DNA of 64,000 nt from IMG/VR virus record IMGVR_UViG_3300010965_000004, positions 44,708 to 108,707 of that record; one strand, written 5' to 3'. A program made the translations under genes and the position numbers. Within the stretch, counting starts at the first letter, position 1. Each line of letters starts with the position of its first letter. This document shows, in pieces, positions 45,108 to 53,023 of the stretch. Origin of the DNA: a virus (lineage: Duplodnaviria; Heunggongvirae; Uroviricota; Caudoviricetes). Under the pieces are notes generated by a model. It made no database searches. It had not been told where the DNA came from and worked only from the letters and a program-made list of their open reading frames with translations.

Positions 45108-45429
45108 TAATAAAATTGAATACGAATCTGGAGAATTACAAAAACACGGCATACCCTATAGCATAGATTTAGTAGATAGAATTTATTATCCAGATTTTAT
45201 ATTAGTAAAAACTGGAGAAGTTATCGAAATTAAACCTAAAAAGTTAATTAATACAGAATTAAATAAAGCAAAGTTTGATGCCGCTTCTAAATTACACTCA
45301 GAAAAATTCAAAGTTTTAACGGAAGAGAATTTAGAACCAATTACAAAAACTACTGTGCAAGATTTAATTAAGTCAGGTAACCTTGTTTTTTTGAATAAAG
45401 TAAAAATAAAGATGAAAAATGGCTACTAA
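44908..45429 (+). CDS. PD-(D/E)xK nuclease-like protein (C-terminal part); N-terminal part of the ORF is overlap artefact
   Basis: C-terminal IYYPDFILVKTGEVIEIKPKK = PD..(D/E)xK-like motif; no canonical start near domain start ~45100. Confidence 0.3.
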   Translation: MNEFLYLAVISLEYMVQELLFLLLEIMEPSMELELGLREMRMLFLRWLNVVYFRSLLELSYLYYLINNKIEYESGELQKHGIPYSIDLVDRIYYPDFILVKTGEVIEIKPKKLINTELNKAKFDAASKLHSEKFKVLTEENLEPITKTTVQDLIKSGNLVFLNKVKIKMKNGY

Positions 45430-45955
45430 GAAATTAAAAGTTATAAATATACTAGGAGGACCAGGTACTGGTAAAAGTACAGCACGAGCCGGGCTCTTTA
45501 ATTTGATGAAGACAGCTGGTATTAACTGTGAAGAAGTAACAGAATACGCTAAGGATTTAACCTGGGAACAAAGCCTTGACAAAATGGCGGACCAGCTTTA
45601 CATCCTGGCAAAACAGAACAGAAAACTCGAACGTTTAAAGGGGAAGGTCGAGTGGGTAATCTCCGATTCCCCCCTTTTACTGAGTTTACATTATGCCCCA
45701 TTGGATTACTTCCCTGAAACATTCCAAAATCTTGTCAAAGAACTCTGGGGATCTTATGACAACTATAATCTCTTTATTAAACGTAGCAAGCCTTATAATC
45801 CTGTTGGTAGAAACCAAACAGAAGAAGAAGCAAAGAGAATCGACCTCCAAATAATGGACATGTTGAACAAGAACAACTACAATTTCATTGTAGTGTCCGG
45901 TGAAAAACCTCACGAAACAATTTTTAATATGCTGCATCAGCTAAGGAGTATTTAA
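45419..45955 (+). CDS. P-loop NTPase / nucleotide kinase-like protein
   Basis: 178 aa; VINILGGPGTGKST Walker A. Confidence 0.5.
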   Translation: MATKKLKVINILGGPGTGKSTARAGLFNLMKTAGINCEEVTEYAKDLTWEQSLDKMADQLYILAKQNRKLERLKGKVEWVISDSPLLLSLHYAPLDYFPETFQNLVKELWGSYDNYNLFIKRSKPYNPVGRNQTEEEAKRIDLQIMDMLNKNNYNFIVVSGEKPHETIFNMLHQLRSI

Positions 45956-46149
45956 TGACAACACGAGTAATAATTAAAAGTCCTGAAAAAAATCATCAGG
46001 ATATTTTGGTAACAATCTTGAGTACTTCCATAACCAGAGATAGGCTTCCTTTGCCTCATGCAATACGGATTACAGATGGCCAAGAAGTAGAATTTAACGT
46101 CTATGGTTCCCAGTCTCTTCTGATTGAAGAAGTAGAGAAAGAGGTATAA
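45955..46149 (+). CDS. hypothetical protein
   Basis: 64-aa ORF, ATGA-coupled. Confidence 0.35.
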   Translation: MTTRVIIKSPEKNHQDILVTILSTSITRDRLPLPHAIRITDGQEVEFNVYGSQSLLIEEVEKEV

Positions 46150-46161
46150 CCAGGTTTTAAC

Positions 46162-46251
46162 GGTAGGATGGATGAGCGGTTTAAATCACTAGTCTTGAAA
46201 ACTAGCGGTCCTGAAAGGGGCCCCTGGGTTCGAATCCCAGTCCTATCGCCA
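46162..46251 (+). tRNA. tRNA-Ser(UGA)
   Basis: type II; GGTAGGA acceptor; anticodon loop CTTGAAA; long variable arm; CTGGGTTCGAATCCCAG; CCA. Confidence 0.65.
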
Positions 46252-46281
46252 AGGAACAAAAAAACATAACAGTGGTTCTCA

Positions 46282-46446
46282 TGGATAAATATGAATTGTT
46301 AAAAGAGCTAGGAAGTTGGGAACCTTCCGAACAGTTTTGGGAAGAGTTAAAACAACGTCTAATAGAAATTGAAAAAAAGTTTGAACAAGAACGAATAGCC
46401 TCAACTCCCGATGAAGCTTGGTATAACCGTAGGTATGACATATGAA
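46282..46446 (+). CDS. hypothetical small protein
   Basis: 54 aa. Confidence 0.3.
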
Positions 46447-46622
46447 CGAAGACCTTATCTTTCGGTTACGAAAAAGAGCAGAGATACGCAGGCAGATTCC
46501 TACACGCAAAAGTGTTCAAGAAGACAAGCCAGATAGAATCTCTGATTTACTAGAAGAAGCAGCAAATGCTTTAGAACAAGCTAATATAAAGCCTGTACTA
46601 GAGCCTCCATTTGGGGTTTAGA
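46443..46622 (+). CDS. hypothetical small protein
   Basis: 59 aa, ATGA-coupled. Confidence 0.3.
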
Positions 46623-46625
46623 TTT

Positions 46626-46716
46626 AGAAAGGTGGCAGAGCTGGTTTAATGCAACGGTTTGCTAAACCGTCGGTCCCGCAAGGGGCCCAAGGGTTCGAAT
46701 CCCTTCCTTTCGACCA
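46626..46716 (+). tRNA. tRNA-Ser(GCU)
   Basis: type II; anticodon arm ACGGT-TTGCTAA-ACCGT; AAGGGTTCGAATCCCTT; CCA; A1-G72 mispair. Confidence 0.6.
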
Positions 46717-46721
46717 GGATT

Positions 46722-46795
46722 GCACACGTAGCCAAGGGGATAGGCAGGGGATTGCAAATCCTCTTACGGGAGTTCGATTCTCTCCGTGTGCTCCA
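46722..46795 (+). tRNA. tRNA-Cys(GCA)
   Basis: GCACACG/CGTGTGC acceptor; anticodon loop TTGCAAA; GGGAGTTCGATTCTCTC; U73 + CCA. Confidence 0.65.
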
Positions 46796-46802
46796 AAAAC
46801 TA

Positions 46803-46825
46803 AAGCCCACAACGGGCTTTTTTTA
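46803..46825. terminator. bidirectional rho-independent terminator
   Basis: AAGCCC-ACAAC-GGGCTT + TTTTTT between tRNA array (+) and convergent HNH gene (-). Confidence 0.6.
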
Positions 46826-46826
46826 G

Positions 46827-47387
46827 TTAAAACAAATTTTTGAAAAACTGTATTCCTCTATATATTAATACTTTTATAATAAAGGCAAGGAACTCATCTT
46901 CTAAGTTATCCCCCTTGGCCATGTTAGATTGGCTCGTTAGAAAGTAACAATTTTCTAATGTAGATAGCCCACCTTTTGATACTGGAATTCTGTGGTCTAA
47001 GTGATAGGTTTCTGGCTTGGTAATATCTATCCATTCCCCCGTTAGATAATCTCTTGGTTCTCGAATAGCTAGTAGTTCTTCTTTAGTAAAAGGCAGAGAT
47101 TCGTTTTCTCCCCTATTACAAAAAATTCTAATCTTCTTTTCTAAAGGTCCAACGTCCTTTTTCTTTCTTTCTTCTGCCCAACCTTCTGGGTCATCCACAA
47201 ATTTAATTCTCTGTTTTACTGCATCTACAGAAACCCCCATGAGTTGGGAAATTTGCTTGGGGGAAAAGCCTCTATAGGTTAAGGCCATAATACACTCGAG
47301 ATGTTCAGGTTTTAAATTAGTCCTGGGTTTGAAAAAGGGTATGACAATATCAGGTACATCTACTGCTAAGGTGGTTTGTTGTTGCAT
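46827..47387 (-). CDS. HNH endonuclease with N-terminal HTH domain
   Basis: 186 aa; HLDHRIPVSKGGLSTLENCYFLTSQSNMAKGD HNH motif; N-terminal LTYRGFSPKQISQLMGVSVDAVKQRI HTH. Confidence 0.6.
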   Translation of the reverse strand: MQQQTTLAVDVPDIVIPFFKPRTNLKPEHLECIMALTYRGFSPKQISQLMGVSVDAVKQRIKFVDDPEGWAEERKKKDVGPLEKKIRIFCNRGENESLPFTKEELLAIREPRDYLTGEWIDITKPETYHLDHRIPVSKGGLSTLENCYFLTSQSNMAKGDNLEDEFLAFIIKVLIYRGIQFFKNLF

Positions 47388-47451
47388 TTGGTTTCCTCAA
47401 ATTTAAAACCAAATGATATCACACCTATATTTAAATTCCAAGCTTTTAATT

Positions 47452-47475
47452 TGGTATAAGAACAATGTAGAGAAA
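47452..47475 (+). promoter_or_regulatory. conserved phage promoter
   Basis: TGGTATAAGAACAATGTAGAGAAATAC. Confidence 0.5.
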
Positions 47476-47476
47476 T

Positions 47477-47545
47477 ACTTAAATAGCTAATTGGTTAAGC
47501 GCAACTAACGTTGAGTAATAGGTTCGAATCCTATATTAGGTATAG
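47477..47545 (+). other. tRNA-derived fragment (D-arm-like + T-arm, no anticodon arm)
   Basis: TAGCTAATTGGTTAAGC D-arm-like, ATAGGTTCGAATCCTAT T-arm, ATTAGGT 3' strand; middle folds only as CAAC-TAAC-GTTG. Confidence 0.25.
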
Positions 47546-47576
47546 CCCGTGAGGGCAATTCTTTTATCCCAAACCA

Positions 47577-47651
47577 GGGTGTATAGTTCAGGGGTAGAAC
47601 ACAGGACTCATAATCCTTAGGTCCCTGGTTCGAAACCAGGTGCACCCACCA
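47577..47651 (+). tRNA. tRNA(CAU) Met or Ile2 (second copy)
   Basis: GGGTGTA acceptor; anticodon loop CTCATAA; CCTGGTTCGAAACCAGG; CCA. Confidence 0.65.
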
Positions 47652-47669
47652 AATTTTAGACGAGGTTAT

Positions 47670-47828
47670 ATGACCGAAGATCAATTCCAAGCTTTATTGC
47701 ATTATATCGACCTCAAGGTAAGCTACGAAAAAAGGGCCTCTGCCTTGGGCTTCTTAGCTCTTGACGTTGCTGAAAGAGAACTCAGAGAACTTCTGGTCCC
47801 AAAATTGGTAAGTAGCTCAGTGGGATAA
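47670..47828 (+). CDS. hypothetical small protein
   Basis: 52 aa from ATG 47670 (RBS GACGAGG); 3' end overlaps tRNA-like gene. Confidence 0.3.
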   Translation: MTEDQFQALLHYIDLKVSYEKRASALGFLALDVAERELRELLVPKLVSSSVG

Positions 47829-47889
47829 TAGAGCGCGTGGAGAGATTCTAGATAACCACGAGGTCGTTGGTTCGAGTCCAACCTTACCA
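47805..47889 (+). tRNA. aberrant tRNA-like gene with 15-nt anticodon loop and no encoded CCA
   Basis: perfect stems TGGTAAG/CTTACCA, GCTC/GAGC, CGTGG/CCACG, GTTGG-TTCGAGT-CCAAC; anticodon loop AGAGATTCTAGATAA. Confidence 0.4.
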
Positions 47890-47907
47890 TTATTAATTGA
47901 GGTAACT

Positions 47908-48159
47908 ATGTTTCGTAAATTACTCTGCTGGCTTGGTAGTCACGGCCCCAATTGGCATGGCAACGAAAGTTGTAAAGCCAGTTCCCGCGATGGGAACGTT
48001 CCCTTCAATAGAACATGTTTGTTCTGTGGGGAAGTATGGTACGGTACCCAGGTTTATGGTCGTTATACACGCTACCTTGGGGATTGGAAAACGAAACAAC
48101 AACTGATAGCTACCGGCGAATGGAGGGAGCTTACTAAACATAAGGAGAAGCCATGTTAA
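47908..48159 (+). CDS. hypothetical Cys-containing protein
   Basis: 83-aa ORF, RBS GAGG. Confidence 0.4.
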   Translation: MFRKLLCWLGSHGPNWHGNESCKASSRDGNVPFNRTCLFCGEVWYGTQVYGRYTRYLGDWKTKQQLIATGEWRELTKHKEKPC

Positions 48160-48467
48160 AACCTGGTGACTTAGTAATGATAGTGAAACCCAGGGAATGT
48201 TGTGGTAGTACTAATACCTTGGGAGCAATACGAACAGTTTCTGACAGACTTCCCAGTGATGAAGCAATGTGCAGAACATGTGGTTTTATTAGTAAAACTG
48301 AAGGGTATATTCCCCTTAATGACAACACTGTTTGCGAGTCCAGTCGTCTCAAGAAAATCGAGCCGGGTAATGGAGTTGACGAAATAATCCGCATTGCTGG
48401 CCTTCCAAAGAAAATACCAAGGAAGAAGCTAATTTTTCACCTAGATCCTAAGAGGTTAGCCTTTTGA
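48153..48467 (+). CDS. hypothetical protein
   Basis: 104 aa, overlapping start. Confidence 0.4.
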   Translation: MLKPGDLVMIVKPRECCGSTNTLGAIRTVSDRLPSDEAMCRTCGFISKTEGYIPLNDNTVCESSRLKKIEPGNGVDEIIRIAGLPKKIPRKKLIFHLDPKRLAF

Positions 48468-49186
48468 AAATCCTGTCCAAATTCCAAGACTACTACGATT
48501 CAGCCCTGGCCTTTGGACAGGACGAAAGCATAGTCTTTAAAAGATTCAAAGAGGAATCAGAGTTAGGTAAAGATGAAAAGATTCCTTTTGATCTTCCCCT
48601 AAAATGTCCATGCAATGATCGTTGGTTTGCCGGATTTGATAAGCATTTACCCAATTGCTATCTTTCCAATTTTGTAATTGCTTTTTGTGGAAAGCTCTAT
48701 TATGGGGTAAGATTGGAATACTCCTTCATGTCAAAGGAAGGTATTACCACTTCTGAAGGTACTCAGCATTTTTACTCTAAGGAATCATTTGACAAATTCC
48801 TTTTAAGTAAAGGAGTTAAGAGTAAAGAACAAAAGAAAAGTTTTGTTCCTTTCTGGGAAAAGAAAGTTCCTTTGGGATATCTAGAAGACCAAGGATCTGA
48901 GGAGTTGAAAGAAAAGCTTATTGAAAACAAAGTCGTGGTGGCGTCTTGCATAGAACCTTCAGCTTTATATTTAGGAGGTAAAATCTTCACCCTCAACCCT
49001 CGCCTCAAAGACTTTGACTTTATCAAGATGGTTGACCCTTATACCGCCTACCAAGAACTCAGCATGTATATAGGCGGAATTTTAGCCCCAGAGTCAAAGC
49101 CAATGATTCAAGTTTCAGATAAGGATCGGGTTCAGCAACATGGATTCGATAAGTGGAGTTTCAGAAAAATGCCTGAGAAAATGTAA
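48464..49186 (+). CDS. hypothetical protein
   Basis: 240 aa, ATGA-coupled. Confidence 0.45.
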   Translation: MKILSKFQDYYDSALAFGQDESIVFKRFKEESELGKDEKIPFDLPLKCPCNDRWFAGFDKHLPNCYLSNFVIAFCGKLYYGVRLEYSFMSKEGITTSEGTQHFYSKESFDKFLLSKGVKSKEQKKSFVPFWEKKVPLGYLEDQGSEELKEKLIENKVVVASCIEPSALYLGGKIFTLNPRLKDFDFIKMVDPYTAYQELSMYIGGILAPESKPMIQVSDKDRVQQHGFDKWSFRKMPEKM

Positions 49187-49203
49187 TCTTAATTGGAGGC
49201 GCT

Positions 49204-49380
49204 ATGTTTGGCATGTTAGAAAGTTTGGCAAAAGCTGTGGTAGGGGTTGTAGTAGAAACTCCAATTGCAGTGGTTAAAGATGTGGTTACCCTTGGTGGCG
49301 CTCTCACTGACCAGGATGAGCCAAGTACTGTTACTGCTTTGAAAAAAGTGGTGAAAAACGTTGGAGACTCTACAAAATGA
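49204..49380 (+). CDS. hypothetical small protein
   Basis: 58 aa. Confidence 0.3.
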   Translation: MFGMLESLAKAVVGVVVETPIAVVKDVVTLGGALTDQDEPSTVTALKKVVKNVGDSTK

Positions 49381-49475
49381 CAGTAGAGATAATTCAAGCT
49401 ATAGGGCAATACATAATCTCACCTATTTGCGTTCTTGGTGGACTATTTGTTTTTTTCTGGTTTTTATCGAGGTAA
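49377..49475 (+). CDS. very small membrane peptide
   Basis: 32 aa, one TM helix, ATGA-coupled. Confidence 0.25.
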   Translation: MTVEIIQAIGQYIISPICVLGGLFVFFWFLSR

Positions 49476-49478
49476 TTT

Positions 49479-49814
49479 ATGGCTATCAACCCAAGACCAC
49501 CAAGACCAGAGAGTGTTCCAGATATGGCCGTGGAAGAAGTCAATGCGCCTCCCCGAGGTTCAGATTGGCCCTTCCCGGTAGGAAATCCGGTACGCAAAGC
49601 TCCCGTTAGTACCTCCGTAACGGAGACAAAAGAGTTTGCTCCCTTTAAACTTTCTCTTCTTATAAATACAGAGGAAGAAGCGAAGTTTCTAAATACCTTG
49701 GTTGCTGCTGAGTTAGTGGCATCAAAAGGCTTCGGAGGATTCTCCAGTACTAATCAGGCAAAAACAATAAAGTTGTTAAAAGAGCTACAATCCGCAATCC
49801 AAAGACATCTCTAA
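49479..49814 (+). CDS. hypothetical protein
   Basis: 111 aa, Pro-rich N-terminus. Confidence 0.4.
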   Translation: MAINPRPPRPESVPDMAVEEVNAPPRGSDWPFPVGNPVRKAPVSTSVTETKEFAPFKLSLLINTEEEAKFLNTLVAAELVASKGFGGFSSTNQAKTIKLLKELQSAIQRHL

Positions 49815-49826
49815 TCGGGGAAACAC

Positions 49827-50036
49827 ATGAAAGAACTTTTTGTTGTAAAAAATAGAAGCGGGGAAATCGTTAAAGGCGGCTTCAATCAAAAGGAAGGTGC
49901 CAAGAGATCTCGTGACCGCTTCCAAGCTGAAACCAAAGAAGGAATCCCCGACGAAAGATCCAATCACCACAACTGGTCCTTCTTCGTTGCTCCAGGAAAA
50001 GATCATCATCGTATGGAACCGAGGAGGGACTTATAA
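49827..50036 (+). CDS. hypothetical protein
   Basis: 69 aa; stop TAA is in frame with the pilin-like sequence that follows. Confidence 0.35.
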   Translation: MKELFVVKNRSGEIVKGGFNQKEGAKRSRDRFQAETKEGIPDERSNHHNWSFFVAPGKDHHRMEPRRDL

Positions 50037-50272
50037 AATCAAGACACCGAGGGTTTACTCTCATTGAACTGTTGATCGCAGTTTCTATAATAGGGATTAT
50101 AACAGCAGTAGCTATCCCTCATTTTCAAGGAAAGACTTTTGAACGGGAAGGTCCCCCAAAAAACACCGCTTTTCCTTCTTGTCAAAAAGGTTATCTATTT
50201 GTTCAAGCAGTAAGAAATGGCCCTTTAACGCAGGTTATGGGTCAAGATGGAAAACCAGAAACCTGCAACTAA
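50036..50272 (+). pseudogene. type IV pilin-like gene lacking a canonical start (class III signal motif)
   Basis: ...NQRHRG|FTLIELLIAVSIIGIITAVAIP = prepilin motif G|FTLIEL + hydrophobic helix; no ATG/GTG/TTG upstream of the motif; separated from upstream ORF by a single in-frame TAA. Confidence 0.4.
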
Positions 50273-50303
50273 CCTCAACTTCATCGTAAACAAAGGAAAT
50301 AAA

Positions 50304-51113
50304 ATGGGTAAGCTCCACGAACTCCTGGCAGTTGAAGCCAGTAACGAAGCCGCTGCAACGGCTCTCATCGGCCAAACGACTAATACCTTCAAGAGCAAGG
50401 AAAACTTGTTCAAGGGTAAGGCTCGTACTCTGCAGATGTTCGGCAAAAACGAACAGAACCAGATCGAGATGACGGCCATCGAAGCCAAGAACTACCAGAA
50501 TCTTCTGGTCTCGGCAACAATCCCCGACAGCCTGAACTACATGGCCTGTGTTCTGGCTGACTACTACGATGTGGTAGCCCAGAAGGAACTGACCAACCAG
50601 CTGGCCAAGGCTGATGTGGTTATTGATGGCAAAGTCATCATCGAAGGCGTTCCGGCCACGTTCCTGCTTGGTATGGAAACCAAGCTGAAGACTCTCCGCA
50701 ACGTGTTGGATGAAATTCCGACGATGGCTCCGGGGATGCTGTGGAAAGAGGCTACTGAAATTGGCCGGTTCATCTACAAGACGGACCCGATACGGGATAT
50801 CAAAACGGAGAAGATGACGGATCACAAAATGCTCCCGCAACCGAATCCTAACATCCCGGTTCAGTACGTTCCCATCGAGTCGTCCAAGAATGTTGGCGAG
50901 TACACCGAAGTCAACTTCACCGGCCTGATCAACTCGGCTGACAAGGCCAAGCTCATCGAGCGTCTTGACTCCCTGCTGAAGGCAGTGAAACAAGCTAGGC
51001 AACGTGCCAACAATGTTGATGCTTCGACCACCAAGGTTGGGGACAAGATGATGGGCTACCTCTTGGGTGCCTGGTATGACCGTTCCAAGATGAACGTCGA
51101 GGCGAAAGTCTAA
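50304..51113 (+). CDS. hypothetical protein, GC-rich moron
   Basis: 270 aa from ATG 50304 (RBS AAAGGAAAT). Confidence 0.45.
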   Translation: MGKLHELLAVEASNEAAATALIGQTTNTFKSKENLFKGKARTLQMFGKNEQNQIEMTAIEAKNYQNLLVSATIPDSLNYMACVLADYYDVVAQKELTNQLAKADVVIDGKVIIEGVPATFLLGMETKLKTLRNVLDEIPTMAPGMLWKEATEIGRFIYKTDPIRDIKTEKMTDHKMLPQPNPNIPVQYVPIESSKNVGEYTEVNFTGLINSADKAKLIERLDSLLKAVKQARQRANNVDASTTKVGDKMMGYLLGAWYDRSKMNVEAKV

Positions 51114-51169
51114 GATGTTCTCCCCGCTAGTCAATGGCCGATTAGCGGGGATTTTCAACAGGAGTAATC

Positions 51170-51349
51170 ATGCGATTCTTGGCTGTACCTGCTGTTATCT
51201 TAATTCTAACCTGGATCATTCTATGGTTCTGGAAAGAGTGGAGTCATGTACCAACCTGGAAAAAAATAGGGACAATTGCCGTATGTTCTCTTGGAGCTTT
51301 GCTTCTTTCCGCTGGTATCATCTTTCTCATCGTCATTGTTTTCAACTAG
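51170..51349 (+). CDS. small membrane protein (NfeD-like partner of SPFH gene)
   Basis: 59 aa, two TM helices, RBS CAGGAG; immediately upstream of SPFH gene. Confidence 0.4.
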   Translation: MRFLAVPAVILILTWIILWFWKEWSHVPTWKKIGTIAVCSLGALLLSAGIIFLIVIVFN

Positions 51350-51357
51350 GAGCTGAA

Positions 51358-52155
51358 ATGAAACGACTTTTTCTTCTTGCAGTAGCAGCATGTTTGGTTC
51401 TACTTACCGGCTGCACCCGTATCGAAACGGGGCATACCGGAGTACGAGTTTCCTTCAATGGAACCTACGAGCCAACGGAACTAGGGGTTGGGTATCACCA
51501 GACCATCATCGGCCATATCAAGGAATACGTCAGTAATGAAATGACGATTGCCTTGGATAATCTTCATCCCCAAACCAAGGATAAGTCCAATCTAGAAGAC
51601 TTGGATTTGGCCTTCACATACTCTGTGGATCCTTCCTATATCTCGGAAGCCGTCAGCAGATATAAAGGCCGGGATCTTCAAGTAGGTCAGGACACCTACC
51701 CTCTTGGTCAGTATGTTGCCAGTATAGTCCAGACTTCTATCACGGATGTCTTCAGTCATTATGATGCTTTAATGGCGAACGATAACCGCGAAAAAATCCG
51801 GGAAGAAATCAGAGCTCAAACGATAAAGCTCCTGGCTGAAGAAAAACTGGAGGGTAAAGTACGAATCCACCAGATCTTCATCAAGAATTTGCAAATTGCC
51901 AAAGCTTTACAGGCATCGGCTCAAACGGTGATCACTGCCCAGAATGATTTCAAGGCCAAGGAATTTGAAGTTCAAACGGCCAGAAAAGAAGCGGAGCGAT
52001 TGGTCCTCCTTTCGGCTAACAAAGCCAATATCGAGTACATGAACGCCAAGTCTCTCAGCGATATTGCTGAAGGTATCAAGACCGGCAAGGTTCATACCAT
52101 TGTTGTTCCGTTCGATTTCAAGGGTATCGTGAACGTTCCGAATTACGCCAAGTAA
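51358..52155 (+). CDS. SPFH/band-7 (stomatin/prohibitin-like) lipoprotein
   Basis: 265 aa; lipobox LLTGC; SPFH-like core IGHIKEYVSNEMTIALDNL..., coiled-coil C-part. Confidence 0.55.
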   Translation: MKRLFLLAVAACLVLLTGCTRIETGHTGVRVSFNGTYEPTELGVGYHQTIIGHIKEYVSNEMTIALDNLHPQTKDKSNLEDLDLAFTYSVDPSYISEAVSRYKGRDLQVGQDTYPLGQYVASIVQTSITDVFSHYDALMANDNREKIREEIRAQTIKLLAEEKLEGKVRIHQIFIKNLQIAKALQASAQTVITAQNDFKAKEFEVQTARKEAERLVLLSANKANIEYMNAKSLSDIAEGIKTGKVHTIVVPFDFKGIVNVPNYAK

Positions 52156-52201
52156 CAAGTATCCCGCTGGCCTTAGGGCTGGCGGGGTCTAAGGAGTAGA
52201 A

Positions 52202-52498
52202 ATGAAAAGAAGCACCGAAAAAACATTCTTCTGGGGATTTGCTCTTTTAATACTCGTGGCCTTCTTTATTTCAGGGTGTAGTAAACCCGCTGAAACAGTT
52301 TCATCCACTTCAAATCCTGAAGTCAATGTTGGAAAACTTTTCACTTATGATGGGTGTACCGTTTACAGGTTTGGCGATGTAGGGTACAGTCACTATTTTG
52401 TAAAATGTGAAGGGCAAAACTCAAGTACTAGTTTTAGAATGAGATATTGTGGAAAAAACTGTCGTAATCCAGAAAGCATTACAACAGAGCAGTTATAA
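52202..52498 (+). CDS. small lipoprotein
   Basis: 98 aa; signal + lipobox FFISGC; RBS TAAGGAG. Confidence 0.5.
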   Translation: MKRSTEKTFFWGFALLILVAFFISGCSKPAETVSSTSNPEVNVGKLFTYDGCTVYRFGDVGYSHYFVKCEGQNSSTSFRMRYCGKNCRNPESITTEQL

Positions 52499-52524
52499 CG
52501 AATTTAAACAAACACGCTTAGGCG

Positions 52525-52547
52525 TGGTATAAGATAATTGTGGTAGA
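52525..52547 (+). promoter_or_regulatory. conserved phage promoter
   Basis: TGGTATAAGATAATTGTGGTAGA. Confidence 0.45.
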
Positions 52548-52666
52548 TTCATCGTTGTTGTTGCTGTGACCGAGAAGGTGTATAACCCACTTTCTTTACT
52601 TAGCTTTATCGTTTTGCCACAGTAGCTTCAATAGTGTTCCAGTAATAAAAGAAGCAACTCTAAACT

Positions 52667-52764
52667 CAGATTGGTCCCTGGTTCAATCCCAGGCAAGCCC
52701 GCAAAAAGTCTTGGCAATAGCTAGGGTTTTTCGTGGGCTTGTAGCTCAGTGGTAGAGCAATTTG
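52667..52764 (+). ncRNA. tRNA-like gene 'Y' in permuted order: 3' half (anticodon 3' strand, T-arm, 3' acceptor) upstream of 5' half (acceptor, D-arm, anticodon 5' strand)
   Basis: CAGAT-TGGTC-CCTGGTTCAATCCCAGG-CAAGCCC then 33 nt then GGGCTTG-TA-GCTCAGTGGTAGAGC-A-ATTTG; acceptor 7/7 plus extra AAAAA/TTTTT pairing. Confidence 0.4.
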
Positions 52765-52810
52765 TTCACTTGTCCCCGAAGAGTTGTCTATCTAAAAACG
52801 AGGAATGCGA

Positions 52811-53023
52811 AAACTCATAAACCTGCTGGTTCGAGTCCAGCCTTCCCCACAAAGAGCCCCGCCGCCGCAGTACCCAACATCTTAGCGTTCGACCCCGGTC
52901 TATAAGACACTCCTCCAAGAGGATACCTTCGGGCTACGAGCTAAGTAACTTGAGTTTCGCCTGCGGCTGGGTTCTTTGTGGGGAAGTAGACAAATTGGTA
53001 AAGTCAACTATTATTGAAATAGT
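52811..53023 (+). ncRNA. tRNA-like gene 'X' in permuted order with 14-bp extended acceptor helix and ~120-nt structured intervening loop
   Basis: GCTGG-TTCGAGT-CCAGC-CTTCCCCACAAAGA ...120 nt... TCTTTGTGGGGAAG-TA-GAC-AAATTGGTAAA-GTC-A-ACTAT-TATTGAA-ATAGT; perfect 14-bp pairing; inner GCCGCAG/CTGCGGC helix. Confidence 0.4.

Noticed and set aside
52735-52849. Linear reading of GGGCTTG...CTTCCCC as one intron-containing tRNA
   Set aside because: Acceptor stem would pair at only 4/7 positions, whereas each strand finds a perfect 7-14 bp partner in the neighbouring half-genes
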